Source: a virus
Taxonomy: Duplodnaviria; Caudoviricetes
IMG/VR virus record: IMGVR_UViG_3300004806_000026
Span: 1 to 63,555 of that record
Direction: 5' to 3' (one strand)
DNA length: 63,555 nt
The position numbers and the translations under genes are program-made. The notes under the pieces were generated by a model. It had not been told where the DNA came from. It was given only the letters and a program-made list of their open reading frames with translations, and did no database searches. Shown here piece after piece: positions 10,102 to 20,534 of the stretch (its first letter is position 1; every line of letters starts with the position of its first letter).

Positions 10102-10288
10102 TGGGGTTCCAATAAACGTAAACTGGGATGCCTTTGTTGTAGGGGCATCACTATTTATACCGGCAATTAATTTGTCAGCTTTGAATAAACAAATGCAAAT
10201 CGTTGCAAAAGATAACAACCTAAATCTTAAAGGGGCGCAACGAATTGAAGCTGGAAAACTAGGGATGCGCTTTTGGAGAATTTTGTGA
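10055..10288 (+). CDS. hypothetical protein
   Basis: ORF overlapping the primase end; last gene of the + strand operon. Confidence 0.6.
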   Translation: MTYPKQWTKGWQLNPDGVPINVNWDAFVVGASLFIPAINLSALNKQMQIVAKDNNLNLKGAQRIEAGKLGMRFWRIL

Positions 10289-10296
10289 TATTATTC

Positions 10297-10372
10297 ACTT
10301 GCAACTCTCCTGTTGTCATTTCGTTGCCTCACTAATAGGCTTTACCCCCCGACTATGTTCGGGGGTTTTTTT
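10297..10372 (+). ncRNA. candidate small RNA carrying the anti-RBS sequence UCUCCUGUUG
   Basis: Extended -10 TGTGATATTAT (10284-10294) upstream, GCAAC/GTTGC stem around TCTCCTGTTG, intrinsic terminator at the 3' end. Confidence 0.5.
10346..10372 (+). terminator. Rho-independent terminator of the replication operon
   Basis: CCCCCGA-CTATGT-TCGGGGG followed by T7, at the junction of convergent operons. Confidence 0.85.
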
Positions 10373-13300
10373 ATTCGCCGTCCATCTCTCTTTCGCTTTC
10401 TAAGATTTCTTTGCGCATTCTAGGACTAAACCTAACCCCATGCACCATCTCTTTAGTCGCACGATCTTGAGCCTTCTTAGACTTAGCCAATATATCGCTG
10501 ATAGTACCGCCGTTAATACCAAGTCCAGGGTGTTTCTCACCCAACTTAAGTAGCGCATCTCTATCTGCGTTTGCGCCTTCAGTATCACCTTTTCGCATAG
10601 CAAGATAATAACGAGCCTTAAGTTTTGAAGCCTTGGTAGATATAGCTTTATCTATACCTTTTTCTTTGGCATTGATTTCTAACTGTCTTGTGTAATCGGC
10701 AGGGGCAAAACCAAATGATTGAGCCAGTGCATTCCATGCGCTAATCTCTCCGGTAATTGGATCACCACGAAGTGTATTTGCACCTTCAAAGAAATACCGA
10801 CCGCCTTTGAGTATGTTGCTTGGTAAAGAAGGTACTAAATCTTCTAAGCCACGTTCAACATTACCTTCCGATATTTTGCTCATACCTCGACCGATACGCT
10901 CACCAATACTAAGCACAGGGCCGCCTATAGCTTCAAGAATTTGATCTTTAAATGTTGTGCCGGATCCCCCTGCTTTGTTATCTCTAACAATAAGATCGCT
11001 TAAGCCAATACGACCGGCAATAGATAGGTTAGTAAAGTACTCTAGTGGACCTTTATATAAGAACTCACCCAAGTGCTTACGAGTAACTGTATCCAAGTCA
11101 TCGTCGTCATCATCACAGAATAATGAATAGACCATAGCCGCCGCACCAAACATTGGCAAGCCTTGAGCACCAGCCATTAAAGCAGTCATACCCACAATAC
11201 CGCCTAGCTGTCTCCATGCGGCTTTTTTCATTTCGGGGGTTTCGCCGTTGGTAGCTTCTCTAAAGGCTTTCATCAACATATAGTACTGAGTAACGCCGTA
11301 ACTCTTGTACATAAACATTAATTTACCAAGACCACTTTGTGCAATCCTTGGCGCCGCAGCTGCAGACGTACTACCGTTAAGTAATTGTGCTGTGTATACG
11401 GCATGGTTAGCTGCCTGTTCTTCAGCGGCTTCACCTGTAATACCTTGTTTATTAAGTTTAGCTAACTCCAAGTTATATGTCGCAAGCATAGTTACTTCAC
11501 GGTTCATACGTTCTGTCTGTGCAAACATCCAACCAGATGCGGCATTGAGTTTAGCAAGGAACCCTGTACGAGTATCCCCAGTCAACATTTCATGCAGTTG
11601 AGAACGACCGATCTGTCCACGCTCACCTAGTACTCTAATAAAGGTAGCATACTTTTTACCGATTTTAGAGTCAGGCGCATAGTTGGCGATTGACCTTTGT
11701 ACATCTAACTTAGTAGTCTTGCCTTCACCACCAAGCAGTTTAGTAGTTGCTTCTGAGCCGCTACCCATAAATAGTTTAGACGCTTCTCCAATAGCCGCCG
11801 CAATATTAGCATCTTTGTAATGTGCTTTTAGGTACGGAGCTACTATCATCGGAACTTGAGCTAAGTTAACTAAAGCTGAAGATACGTTAAAACCTAATGT
11901 GTAGTTATACACTGCTGAAGACAGTATGTTTCCTACGGAACTTTTCTTGGGGTTAAGAATATAATCCAAACGCTTATGGAATTCGTCGTAATATGCTTTC
12001 TCAAGTTGGTTATTTGTTGAACGTCCTTCAACTTTACCTCTACCTATGTCGTCCACAAAATCACGCATATTATCAACCACACCACTTATTTGTGGGTTGA
12101 ACTTCATACTAGCTACCTGATGGATAGTACTGCGTATCTTATTCTCAAATACGCCAATAGAATCTTCTAAGAAACCAGCACGGTTGTTACGTTTTTGAAA
12201 TGACTTAGCAAATGCAGTTTCGGGTAGCGTACTAATAAATAGACGCATAATTTCGTCAGTGTTCTTGTCGTACAGCGCACTGTCTTCTGTACTTAAATTC
12301 TTTGGTTTATTAGCTTCAAGACTTTGCAATACTTCATTAACAAACGAACCAGACGGCGCACGGCGGTAATCAACTTCCGCTAACTGCGAGTAAGGTCTTA
12401 TATCTGTACCACCTAGTTTTTGCAGTTCCTCTATTCGAGCAGAGCGTTCGAGTTCAGTTTTAAACGCTTCATAGCCAGGTTGCGGTCTGTCATACTTATC
12501 TTTATATTGATATGCCAACCAGTAATCACCTTCACGACCAAGCGCAAAGTAAGGATCAATCACACCCTGCTTACGAAGTTTATCCATGATCTCTGTTTTA
12601 AAAGAGAACTTATTTTCTTTGGATAGATTCATACTATCAATGCGTTCTTGGATGACATTGCCAATCTCTTCGTACATACCCTTGTACGCATCACGCATTG
12701 TTTTATAAAGATTTTGCCAAACGGGATTTAGTTTTTTATATTCGGCATTGAGCTTATCCCAATCTTCTTCTAACCTGTTACCACTACTGTCTAATTTATC
12801 TGCGTATTCAGAACGAGGTTTTGTAGGATCAACCCCTGCAATAGTAGACTCATGTACAACAGTATTAAAACTATCTCTTTGCTCGGGTTTAGCTTTGATT
12901 GCTTTCTTAGCTTCCGCAACAACTGCATCAGCTTCGTTGTTTAATTTTTTCTTGTACCCATCTTTTTTATCTATCGTAGTGTTTAGCTTACTACCAAGAC
13001 CGTTTAAAAGAGGGTCGGCAATTTCGCCCATAGCGTGCATGGGTAAGAAAGCAAACGTGTTCGATCTAACTGTTGAGTTGCCATTTTTAATTAATTGACT
13101 TAACGCAGCTTTTTGTTTCAAGTCTATATTAGGAACGCTAGTAATTACTTTATCTATACGGCTAATAAATTGGTTTGTTTGTTCCGGTGTTTTAATAGCG
13201 TATAAAGACCCGGCATCTCTGTATGTAGGCGCAGGAGAAATAATAGTATCAATCAGTCTATCAGCCTGGTCAAATGCAGATTCAAGTTTCTTAGGCTCCA

Positions 13301-16300
13301 TACCAACCATACGGCGCAGGAAGTTACCAATGATACGCACGAACCGATCCCATGCAGAATGTTTTTGACCGTCTGGGTTAATAGACTTGAGCATTCCTCG
13401 GAATTCAGGATTTGCTTTAGCTTCGGCTACGAACTCTTGTAAGTTTGTAGATCCATATGCAGTTGGAATACTATCCTTTACTTTGTCGAATAGTTGTTGT
13501 AGCTGACGTGTTACTGGATGATTTGGGTCATCCAATACATGAGATGTTGCAGCGTGTCCTGATTCATGTAAAAGTACATGAGAGTTTAAGCCGGTTACAG
13601 AGTCAAGCTTAATCGTATTCGTTTTAGGATCAAACAGTCCTGCAACGGGTTTACCAGATTCATCTTTTAAGTTATCAACAACTTGTAGTTTAGTATCCGC
13701 GTTTACTTGGGCAAGTTGTGTTGCTAACTTAGATGTAAAACCATCTGACTGCGAGGCTAACAAGTTAAGGGCTGTCGTAAGATCACCATTCTCTAACGCA
13801 CTAATGATTACTGGATGCAGCATGTTGCTAAGCTTAGAAATAGCGTCTTGTCTTAAATTAAGACCTTCACGTTCGTCTTCCTGCCTTTGCAAGTAGTCAT
13901 CTACGGTTTCATCAGCACCCATGCCAAAGTAAACTCGGCCTAGCGTATCTACAATGTCTTGACTGTTTTTATTTACTTTCTCAAAGTATTTAAGCATATG
14001 GTCAAACTCTTTTACAGAGTCTTCGCTTAAATTAGAACGAATCCAGTCAGATGCAAGTTTAGCGTTTGCACCATTCATACCCTTAAAGAACTCGGCTTCA
14101 ACAAGCGATTCGCCAGTAGATCTAAATTGCGGAGTATCATTAACTAGATCAAAAGAAATATTAAATAGTCCATCAATGATGCGTGGCATTTTCTTAAAGT
14201 AAGTTTGCGCCGCACGTTCTGCAGGGGACTGTTCTTTTTTATTAAGTATTACACCTGCAACAGCAATATGATCATCGTCGTTTTTAACATCGTTTCTAAA
14301 GAAGTTTGTATACCCACGTTTAATAGTTTCGACTAAACCTTTGGGTGGTTTAGCATTTGGGTTAACGCTTTCTTTTTCTTCAATAGACTTTTCAATCTCA
14401 TCAAACGCACTAGACTTTATATCTTTAACAGCTCCACGAGCAGCTTGTTTTTCAGTCTTTGGGGCAGGGGTAGTCGTAGCAGTAGGCTTACTAGCTTTCT
14501 TTGCTGGTTTGGTTTTAGCTTCACCTTTAGGTTCCTCATCTAAATAAGCGTGTTCAGGAATCTCTGGTTCTTTAATTTCTGCAGGAGCTTCAGCTTTAAC
14601 TTCTTTTTTCTCTAATGTACTTGACTCATTAGCTTTTCGCTTTGCAGGTTTATTAGCAGGTGGCTCACTAGATACCACTGTTCCTGGTTTAGATTTTTCA
14701 ACTCCTCCGGCGGGTTTAGGTTCTGGCTTACTAGGTGTTGAAACGCTTGTTCCAGTTGCGGGAGTGACAGGTCTAGACCCAGTTCGTTTGGATGGTTCGG
14801 CACGTTCTGCTCCTTTTGCGATACCACCTTTAGGTCCAAAGAGTGGCTGTTGGGTTGCCAAGTTCCTAAACGCTTTCATTGCCACACCTTCAATTGCTTG
14901 CTTGGTGGACGCAGATAGGTTGGGGTTACTACGCACACTAACTAATACGTTTGCGACCTGTTGTTGGTGTTCAGGATTAGCTAAGTCTTTGTTAAGAAGT
15001 TGTTTGTAAAAACCAGATTGTTTAGTCAGGCCCGTACTATTTAAAGTATTGGCATCAAGCACAGTGCTTTCAGGTTGTGGTTCCGGCTCGGCTTCGGGTT
15101 CAACTTGTGCCGCACGCCGTTCTTGTTTGGTTGGATAGGGTACACCAGGCAGTTGTAGTTGTTTATATTCTCTCTGCCCTAATTTACCTGCCGGACCTTT
15201 TTCACCTTTTTCTTTGATGCCAGTGATTTCTGGTGTTAATTCGTTTTCAGGTGATGGAACTGTTTCAGGTGCTTCGTTCTTAGTTCTTTCTTCTTCCGCA
15301 AAAGCAGCTTTAACATCATTAGCGTGACCTATTAAACGTTTTTCAGTTTCAGTCAACTCTACATTAGCATAACCTGCATCACGCAACTTATCTTGGAATA
15401 GTTCGGCGGTATTAAGTAAATTTACATTCTCAAGCAATGGGTGCAATAAATCAAGGCGAGCCGCTTGTCTACGATCAATTTCACCTTTGGCTACTCGTGC
15501 ATCGGTTTCAGCAATAGCATCATTTAATTTAATTTGCGCTTCATCTTTTTTCTGTTGAATTGCATCTAATTGTGCTTGGTTTTCTGCAGCTACTTTTTGT
15601 TCTATAGCCACCTGCGGCCCAGTACGTGCGCCAGTTAAATCTAATTCTTGTTGTATAGGTTCAGCTTTGGGTTCTTCAAACGGCAACTCCATTTGTTGAG
15701 GTTGCGGTTCTTGTGTTTGTTCTTCTTGTATTGGCGCAAGTTGTTGTTCGCCAAGTTTAAAGTCGGGACGATATGCGTCCATAGCCGCTTGTTTTTTGGC
15801 TTCGCTTGCGGCTTGTTCTTGTTCGGCTTGATATTTTTCAACCGGAAATAGATCGGGTTGATACCCTCCAGGTGGTGGGGTGTATCCTAATTGGGGTGCA
15901 CCGGGAGGTTGTAATGCTTGTCTAGCTTGTTGTTTTGCTAATGCTTCTTGATCTTTACGATCTTGGATTTTTTGTTTGGTATCTGCAATCTTACGACTAG
16001 CTTCTACTGCAGCACCGGGAGCACCAAAGAACGTACCACCTACTGCACCTTTAACGGCAGAGGTAATAATGCTATCAATATTTTTAGTAGAGAAAAAGTC
16101 TTGTTTATCTCCCGCAATTTGAGATGCAAGAATTTGTAAAGCCTGTTGCCCGCTTTCAGTAAGAGATTCGCCACCCATTGTTTTAAGTAGCTCAACACCA
16201 AAAGCTTTCTTAAATGTGGGGGGTACGACAGTAGACTTCTCAAGCATACCTGCAGCAATACGTTTCTTACCCGCTTCACCTAATTGACTTAACATCTTTT

Positions 16301-17078
16301 CGGGTAAATATGTATCTAGTGCTGCAACCAGCGGACCAATTGTTAAAGCAATACCGGGGTGAAGTTCGCCTGTATCTTCATAGATACTTTGAAATACGTC
16401 AGGAACGTTAGTAGCTAAAGATGCGCCCCAAAGTCCAGTCTTAGAACCAATCTCTGCACCTTTTTTAGTTGCTGCCTGTCCAGCAGCATCAGCTGTAGTT
16501 CGTGCTAATAACCTATCAGCATATTCTTTACCGGCTTCTTCAGTCAAACCTTTTTTAGCTATAGTTTTAGCGGCTTGTTCTTTAACCGCTTTTTCTACGC
16601 CTTTTCTAGCGAGATATTTACCACCAATCTCACCAACCCCTGCGCCGCCAATAAAAGCTCCAATATCGGGAGCAAGTTCGCCAAGTGTTTCTGCGCCATA
16701 ACCTAATATGCTACCTGTTGGACCTGCTATATCTTTAACTGATTTATATGCAGTTGGGTTTTCTTCCTCTGCGGTTTGCATCCGTTGTTGGTATTCACCA
16801 AGCTTTTGCTTAGCGTATTCGTCTTTACCTAAGACAGATGCACCTAATGCCGGAAGCAATTCTGAAAATGTTCCTTTAGTACCTTCCCATCCACGTTTAG
16901 CGCCACCGGCAATAAGTTGCCCTATACCAAGTTCACGAGGGTCAGGTTGCCAATCCGCTTCTTGTTGCTTAGTCATAGCCGCTTGTTGCATAGCGGTAGC
17001 ACGAGCCATAATTTCATCTCTTGGCATAGAGTCAGGCATCATTACATCGCCGACCCCCGGTATAGTTACCCGTGGCAT
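10371..17078 (-). CDS. giant internal virion/DNA-ejection protein with zincin-like metallopeptidase motif
   Basis: 2235 aa at the end of the late operon; VLLHESGH (HExxH) followed by EFVAEA; mostly helical, low-complexity linker. Confidence 0.75.
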   Translation of the reverse strand: MPRVTIPGVGDVMMPDSMPRDEIMARATAMQQAAMTKQQEADWQPDPRELGIGQLIAGGAKRGWEGTKGTFSELLPALGASVLGKDEYAKQKLGEYQQRMQTAEEENPTAYKSVKDIAGPTGSILGYGAETLGELAPDIGAFIGGAGVGEIGGKYLARKGVEKAVKEQAAKTIAKKGLTEEAGKEYADRLLARTTADAAGQAATKKGAEIGSKTGLWGASLATNVPDVFQSIYEDTGELHPGIALTIGPLVAALDTYLPEKMLSQLGEAGKKRIAAGMLEKSTVVPPTFKKAFGVELLKTMGGESLTESGQQALQILASQIAGDKQDFFSTKNIDSIITSAVKGAVGGTFFGAPGAAVEASRKIADTKQKIQDRKDQEALAKQQARQALQPPGAPQLGYTPPPGGYQPDLFPVEKYQAEQEQAASEAKKQAAMDAYRPDFKLGEQQLAPIQEEQTQEPQPQQMELPFEEPKAEPIQQELDLTGARTGPQVAIEQKVAAENQAQLDAIQQKKDEAQIKLNDAIAETDARVAKGEIDRRQAARLDLLHPLLENVNLLNTAELFQDKLRDAGYANVELTETEKRLIGHANDVKAAFAEEERTKNEAPETVPSPENELTPEITGIKEKGEKGPAGKLGQREYKQLQLPGVPYPTKQERRAAQVEPEAEPEPQPESTVLDANTLNSTGLTKQSGFYKQLLNKDLANPEHQQQVANVLVSVRSNPNLSASTKQAIEGVAMKAFRNLATQQPLFGPKGGIAKGAERAEPSKRTGSRPVTPATGTSVSTPSKPEPKPAGGVEKSKPGTVVSSEPPANKPAKRKANESSTLEKKEVKAEAPAEIKEPEIPEHAYLDEEPKGEAKTKPAKKASKPTATTTPAPKTEKQAARGAVKDIKSSAFDEIEKSIEEKESVNPNAKPPKGLVETIKRGYTNFFRNDVKNDDDHIAVAGVILNKKEQSPAERAAQTYFKKMPRIIDGLFNISFDLVNDTPQFRSTGESLVEAEFFKGMNGANAKLASDWIRSNLSEDSVKEFDHMLKYFEKVNKNSQDIVDTLGRVYFGMGADETVDDYLQRQEDEREGLNLRQDAISKLSNMLHPVIISALENGDLTTALNLLASQSDGFTSKLATQLAQVNADTKLQVVDNLKDESGKPVAGLFDPKTNTIKLDSVTGLNSHVLLHESGHAATSHVLDDPNHPVTRQLQQLFDKVKDSIPTAYGSTNLQEFVAEAKANPEFRGMLKSINPDGQKHSAWDRFVRIIGNFLRRMVGMEPKKLESAFDQADRLIDTIISPAPTYRDAGSLYAIKTPEQTNQFISRIDKVITSVPNIDLKQKAALSQLIKNGNSTVRSNTFAFLPMHAMGEIADPLLNGLGSKLNTTIDKKDGYKKKLNNEADAVVAEAKKAIKAKPEQRDSFNTVVHESTIAGVDPTKPRSEYADKLDSSGNRLEEDWDKLNAEYKKLNPVWQNLYKTMRDAYKGMYEEIGNVIQERIDSMNLSKENKFSFKTEIMDKLRKQGVIDPYFALGREGDYWLAYQYKDKYDRPQPGYEAFKTELERSARIEELQKLGGTDIRPYSQLAEVDYRRAPSGSFVNEVLQSLEANKPKNLSTEDSALYDKNTDEIMRLFISTLPETAFAKSFQKRNNRAGFLEDSIGVFENKIRSTIHQVASMKFNPQISGVVDNMRDFVDDIGRGKVEGRSTNNQLEKAYYDEFHKRLDYILNPKKSSVGNILSSAVYNYTLGFNVSSALVNLAQVPMIVAPYLKAHYKDANIAAAIGEASKLFMGSGSEATTKLLGGEGKTTKLDVQRSIANYAPDSKIGKKYATFIRVLGERGQIGRSQLHEMLTGDTRTGFLAKLNAASGWMFAQTERMNREVTMLATYNLELAKLNKQGITGEAAEEQAANHAVYTAQLLNGSTSAAAAPRIAQSGLGKLMFMYKSYGVTQYYMLMKAFREATNGETPEMKKAAWRQLGGIVGMTALMAGAQGLPMFGAAAMVYSLFCDDDDDDLDTVTRKHLGEFLYKGPLEYFTNLSIAGRIGLSDLIVRDNKAGGSGTTFKDQILEAIGGPVLSIGERIGRGMSKISEGNVERGLEDLVPSLPSNILKGGRYFFEGANTLRGDPITGEISAWNALAQSFGFAPADYTRQLEINAKEKGIDKAISTKASKLKARYYLAMRKGDTEGANADRDALLKLGEKHPGLGINGGTISDILAKSKKAQDRATKEMVHGVRFSPRMRKEILESEREMDGE

Positions 17079-17087
17079 AGTGCTTCC

Positions 17088-20000
17088 TTATTCAAATGGG
17101 TTGGCTAATTCTGATGTTGGCGCAGCAGATTTTCTATTAACTGCTGACATTCTAACCATTTCATTTTCCATATATTTATCCGCAAAAGCATCAAAATCTT
17201 CCCTAGCTTTTTTATATGTAGATGTTTTAGGTCCATAGTTAGTAAGACCATCTTGAATTTTTGCGGGTAACTTTGAAAAGAACGGCGCAGATGATGGCAT
17301 AGCTTTATATCCATCATATTTATCCTCAAGTTTCATATACGCTATGTTACCAATACCACCACCAAGTCCAGCCGCACTAGTACGAGGACGTTCTTTCATG
17401 TAGTTGCCAGTTTGCGTTGCTTGGTATGCCTGTGCCGCACGGAGATCATTAATGCCCGGCGTTTCAGAAATCTTATTGTTAACATCAGCAATTTGTGCAT
17501 TAGCTTGGGCAATACGAACTGGAAGTTCTGCTTTGGATATACCAAGTTTTTCAGCTTCCATTTTAAGTTGTTCACCAGTAAGACCAAGAGCCAATAGCTG
17601 TTTGACCTTATCATTTTTTGCCGTATTAATTTTGTCAATGTCAGACATATATCCCTGGAACGCAGGTTCTGCGCCTTCAGCCCAACTACTAAAAGCAGTT
17701 TGAACTTTACCAGGTTCGACTTTACCCGCTTTACCTGCTGCGCCCATAGCACCTTGAATAAGACGCATTAACATAGCGTTAGACCTTGCTTTCTCTGGAT
17801 CTTCAGCATTGTCGTTAATCATCTTTTCGTACTTAGTTAATAATGAAGTAACGCCAGATGTATCCCCCCTAGGCGCATCTGCACTTAAATAACTAAGGGG
17901 GCTGGCAGTAGTCGTGCTTGGCGTTGCGGGTGCTCCCTCTCTGGCTTTTACTGGGGTATCATGGATAACAATACCAGTATCTGTTGGTGTAGGGGTAGTA
18001 GTTGTATTTGTGGATGGTGTGTAACTTTTTTCACTAGGTGGGGCTGTTCTTTGTGCTTGTTCCGCAGCAATAATTGCTTTTGGATCAATTTTTGTACCTG
18101 CACCTAAATTAAATAACCTAGCCAAAATACCAGGGCTTGTATCTTGTTTTTCATTTTCATACATCCCAGTTTCTGGGTCTAAGTATGGGTTAGTACCACC
18201 AGCCAAACGCATAACCCCACCCTCTGCCGCCATTTGTGTTGGCAAGTTAGACGGTGCTTGGTCAATACCTTGAGGAGGTTGTTGTGGAGCAGGTTGTGGT
18301 GGCGCAGCTTGAGATATACCTTGTGGTTGCGCAGGGGATGCTGGATTCATACCGCCTGTAGGTGCAGGCGCACCGCCTTGTTGGGCAGAAAGTATTTGAT
18401 CAAGTTTAGCCAAATCAGCCGCATACTTATGCGCTTCGTCATTGTGCCCTTCTTCAACCGCTTTTTCTAATTTAGCTTCGATAGTAGATTTTAACAATTC
18501 AATTTGTTTAGCTGAGTTAACTTGCGCAACTTTAGCTTTTAGGTCGTCTATTACAGTAGATTTAGGTGGTGGAGTTTTAGGAGCCGAATCCGCTTGTTCG
18601 CTAAGTTGAATCGCCTCGGCAATGCCCCCGGCAGGTTTAGATATTGTTCCGTCCTGCATACCCTTATCAATAGTTTGTTTAGAGTATTTATCAGGAGCTA
18701 ACATAACTTTGCGGTTAATAGCAGCAATACCGCCACTATCAAAACGCTTGGCTTTTAAAATACCACCTTCAGCTTTATTAGCTAAAGCCACACCAGCCGC
18801 CGTTGCACCAGCAAGGGGAGCTATTTGACCAAACACGGTTGGAGCCGCAGCTTGTTGGGTAGTTGTTACATCTGTAATTGGTGTACCAGAAATTAAATTC
18901 TTAAGCTGACCAAGTTGCGTCATCGGATACTGCTGTGCAGTATTGTAATTTTGCATTCCTTGGTTAATGATATTTTGCTGTTGCTGTTGCTGTTGTCCGC
19001 CAACAGTACCTTGCATATTAAGAATGTTTTGCTGAGCACCCAACTGCTGTGTGCCAATATTTGCAAGGTTTTGTCCCTGTGTGCCCGCAAGACCATATCC
19101 AGATTGTTGAGCCCCAACTCCTGCAAGACCCGCATTGGCTCCTGCAATACCTAAATTACCAGCTTGTTGCGCACCAGACAAGCCCAATCCATACCCTTGC
19201 AGTGCTTGAGACCCTGCTTGATTGGCACCTTGTAAACCTTGTGCATTACCTGTTAAAGCGTTTTGCAAACCCTGCATTTGGAACGTACCGGCTTGGTTGT
19301 ATTGGTTTTGGGCTGCAGTGAAAGCATTGTTATATGCATTACCTACCAGTTGATTTTGCGCCAACATTTGATTTTGTTGGTTTAATCCTTGCATCAAAGC
19401 TTCTCTACTTCCGCCAAAAGCTCCAGCAGATGTGGCAGCACCTTGTTCAGCAGCTCCCTGCATTCCATATTGTTGGTTAAGCAATTGCATTGATGGTGCA
19501 AGAGCTTGATTTATATATGGATTCATATATCCACCAACTTGATTTTGGAAATCTTGTGGTGTAGCACTAGCACCTAAAGCAGCCGCCTGTTGACCAATTT
19601 GGGAACCTTGTTGTCCATAGCCTAAAGATTGTCCCGCATATTGCTGTCCAGTATTAGCTCCCAATCCGCCATATATATTAGATAGTCCAGCATTTTGCTG
19701 AGCGGCCCTAGATCCTTGTTGACCATATTGGGCAGCGGTTTGTGTTGTGCCCAAAGCTCCCGCTCCGGCTTGATTAGTTAGATCCGTAGCTGTTCCGTAT
19801 TGACCTGGTGTTTGTAAATTAGCTACAGACTGTTGTTGCTGTTGTTGTAGCGGAGTAAACCCAGCTACAGATGCATTGGCTGCGCTTTGATCAGAAGCGC
19901 TCATCCCGTATTGACCGCCGGCAGGATTTATACTTCCATAGGCTTGGTAAGGGTTTACACCAGTAATCTGACCGGTATTGGGATCTGTATTAAATACTTG

Positions 20001-20111
20001 TTGCTGAGCCGCACCAAGATATGACGAGACATATGGTTGCGCCCAAGGCGATAAACTTGTATATTGATTTTGTTGTTGCGTTTGTCCGCCGCCGCTTGAT
20101 CCACCGCCCAT
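17088..20111 (-). CDS. internal virion/ejection (pilot-like) protein
   Basis: 1007 aa, Q/G/A-rich N-terminal half (YMNPYINQAL, GAFGGSR), synteny with the giant gene. Confidence 0.7.
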   Translation of the reverse strand: MGGGSSGGGQTQQQNQYTSLSPWAQPYVSSYLGAAQQQVFNTDPNTGQITGVNPYQAYGSINPAGGQYGMSASDQSAANASVAGFTPLQQQQQQSVANLQTPGQYGTATDLTNQAGAGALGTTQTAAQYGQQGSRAAQQNAGLSNIYGGLGANTGQQYAGQSLGYGQQGSQIGQQAAALGASATPQDFQNQVGGYMNPYINQALAPSMQLLNQQYGMQGAAEQGAATSAGAFGGSREALMQGLNQQNQMLAQNQLVGNAYNNAFTAAQNQYNQAGTFQMQGLQNALTGNAQGLQGANQAGSQALQGYGLGLSGAQQAGNLGIAGANAGLAGVGAQQSGYGLAGTQGQNLANIGTQQLGAQQNILNMQGTVGGQQQQQQQNIINQGMQNYNTAQQYPMTQLGQLKNLISGTPITDVTTTQQAAAPTVFGQIAPLAGATAAGVALANKAEGGILKAKRFDSGGIAAINRKVMLAPDKYSKQTIDKGMQDGTISKPAGGIAEAIQLSEQADSAPKTPPPKSTVIDDLKAKVAQVNSAKQIELLKSTIEAKLEKAVEEGHNDEAHKYAADLAKLDQILSAQQGGAPAPTGGMNPASPAQPQGISQAAPPQPAPQQPPQGIDQAPSNLPTQMAAEGGVMRLAGGTNPYLDPETGMYENEKQDTSPGILARLFNLGAGTKIDPKAIIAAEQAQRTAPPSEKSYTPSTNTTTTPTPTDTGIVIHDTPVKAREGAPATPSTTTASPLSYLSADAPRGDTSGVTSLLTKYEKMINDNAEDPEKARSNAMLMRLIQGAMGAAGKAGKVEPGKVQTAFSSWAEGAEPAFQGYMSDIDKINTAKNDKVKQLLALGLTGEQLKMEAEKLGISKAELPVRIAQANAQIADVNNKISETPGINDLRAAQAYQATQTGNYMKERPRTSAAGLGGGIGNIAYMKLEDKYDGYKAMPSSAPFFSKLPAKIQDGLTNYGPKTSTYKKAREDFDAFADKYMENEMVRMSAVNRKSAAPTSELANPFE

Positions 20112-20120
20112 AATAGACTC

Positions 20121-20534
20121 CTAAATATCTGATTGCACTACTGTGTAGCGCTTTGCAAAACTATACCGTCTCAGTAATCTAGCCACAGAATCTCTTACCG
20201 CACCCTGTATTCTAGTTGCTCCCATGTTTTTTACTATTTCTTTCATTTGATTAAAAGTATCGTGGTTCATAATTAACTTACCACCTATCGTTGTAAAAAA
20301 CGCCACCCTGTGAGTCGGATAGTTTATAAATGAAACTGTTCCTGCCCCATGAATCACATTGTTTTCATCAACCGCAACCAATAAAACCCAAGTTCCAAGA
20401 TTTACAAACATTTGGATTTGGTCCATACTATAATCACCGCCCCCATGCTTATGTGCTTCAGCAATAAAACTTTCAACTAAAGGCCAAGTTTGGGCGCAAT
20501 AGTTTGTAGCGACGTGCTTTATAGTTAATGTCAT
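20121..20534 (-). CDS. hypothetical protein, possibly GNAT-like fold
   Basis: ORF between tail and ejection genes, a position often held by acetyltransferase-like genes in podoviruses. Confidence 0.45.
   Translation of the reverse strand: MTLTIKHVATNYCAQTWPLVESFIAEAHKHGGGDYSMDQIQMFVNLGTWVLLVAVDENNVIHGAGTVSFINYPTHRVAFFTTIGGKLIMNHDTFNQMKEIVKNMGATRIQGAVRDSVARLLRRYSFAKRYTVVQSDI

Noticed and set aside
10371-17078. N4-like virion RNA polymerase recognising the hairpin palindromes
   Set aside because: No polymerase motifs recognised, and early genes have consensus sigma70 promoters.
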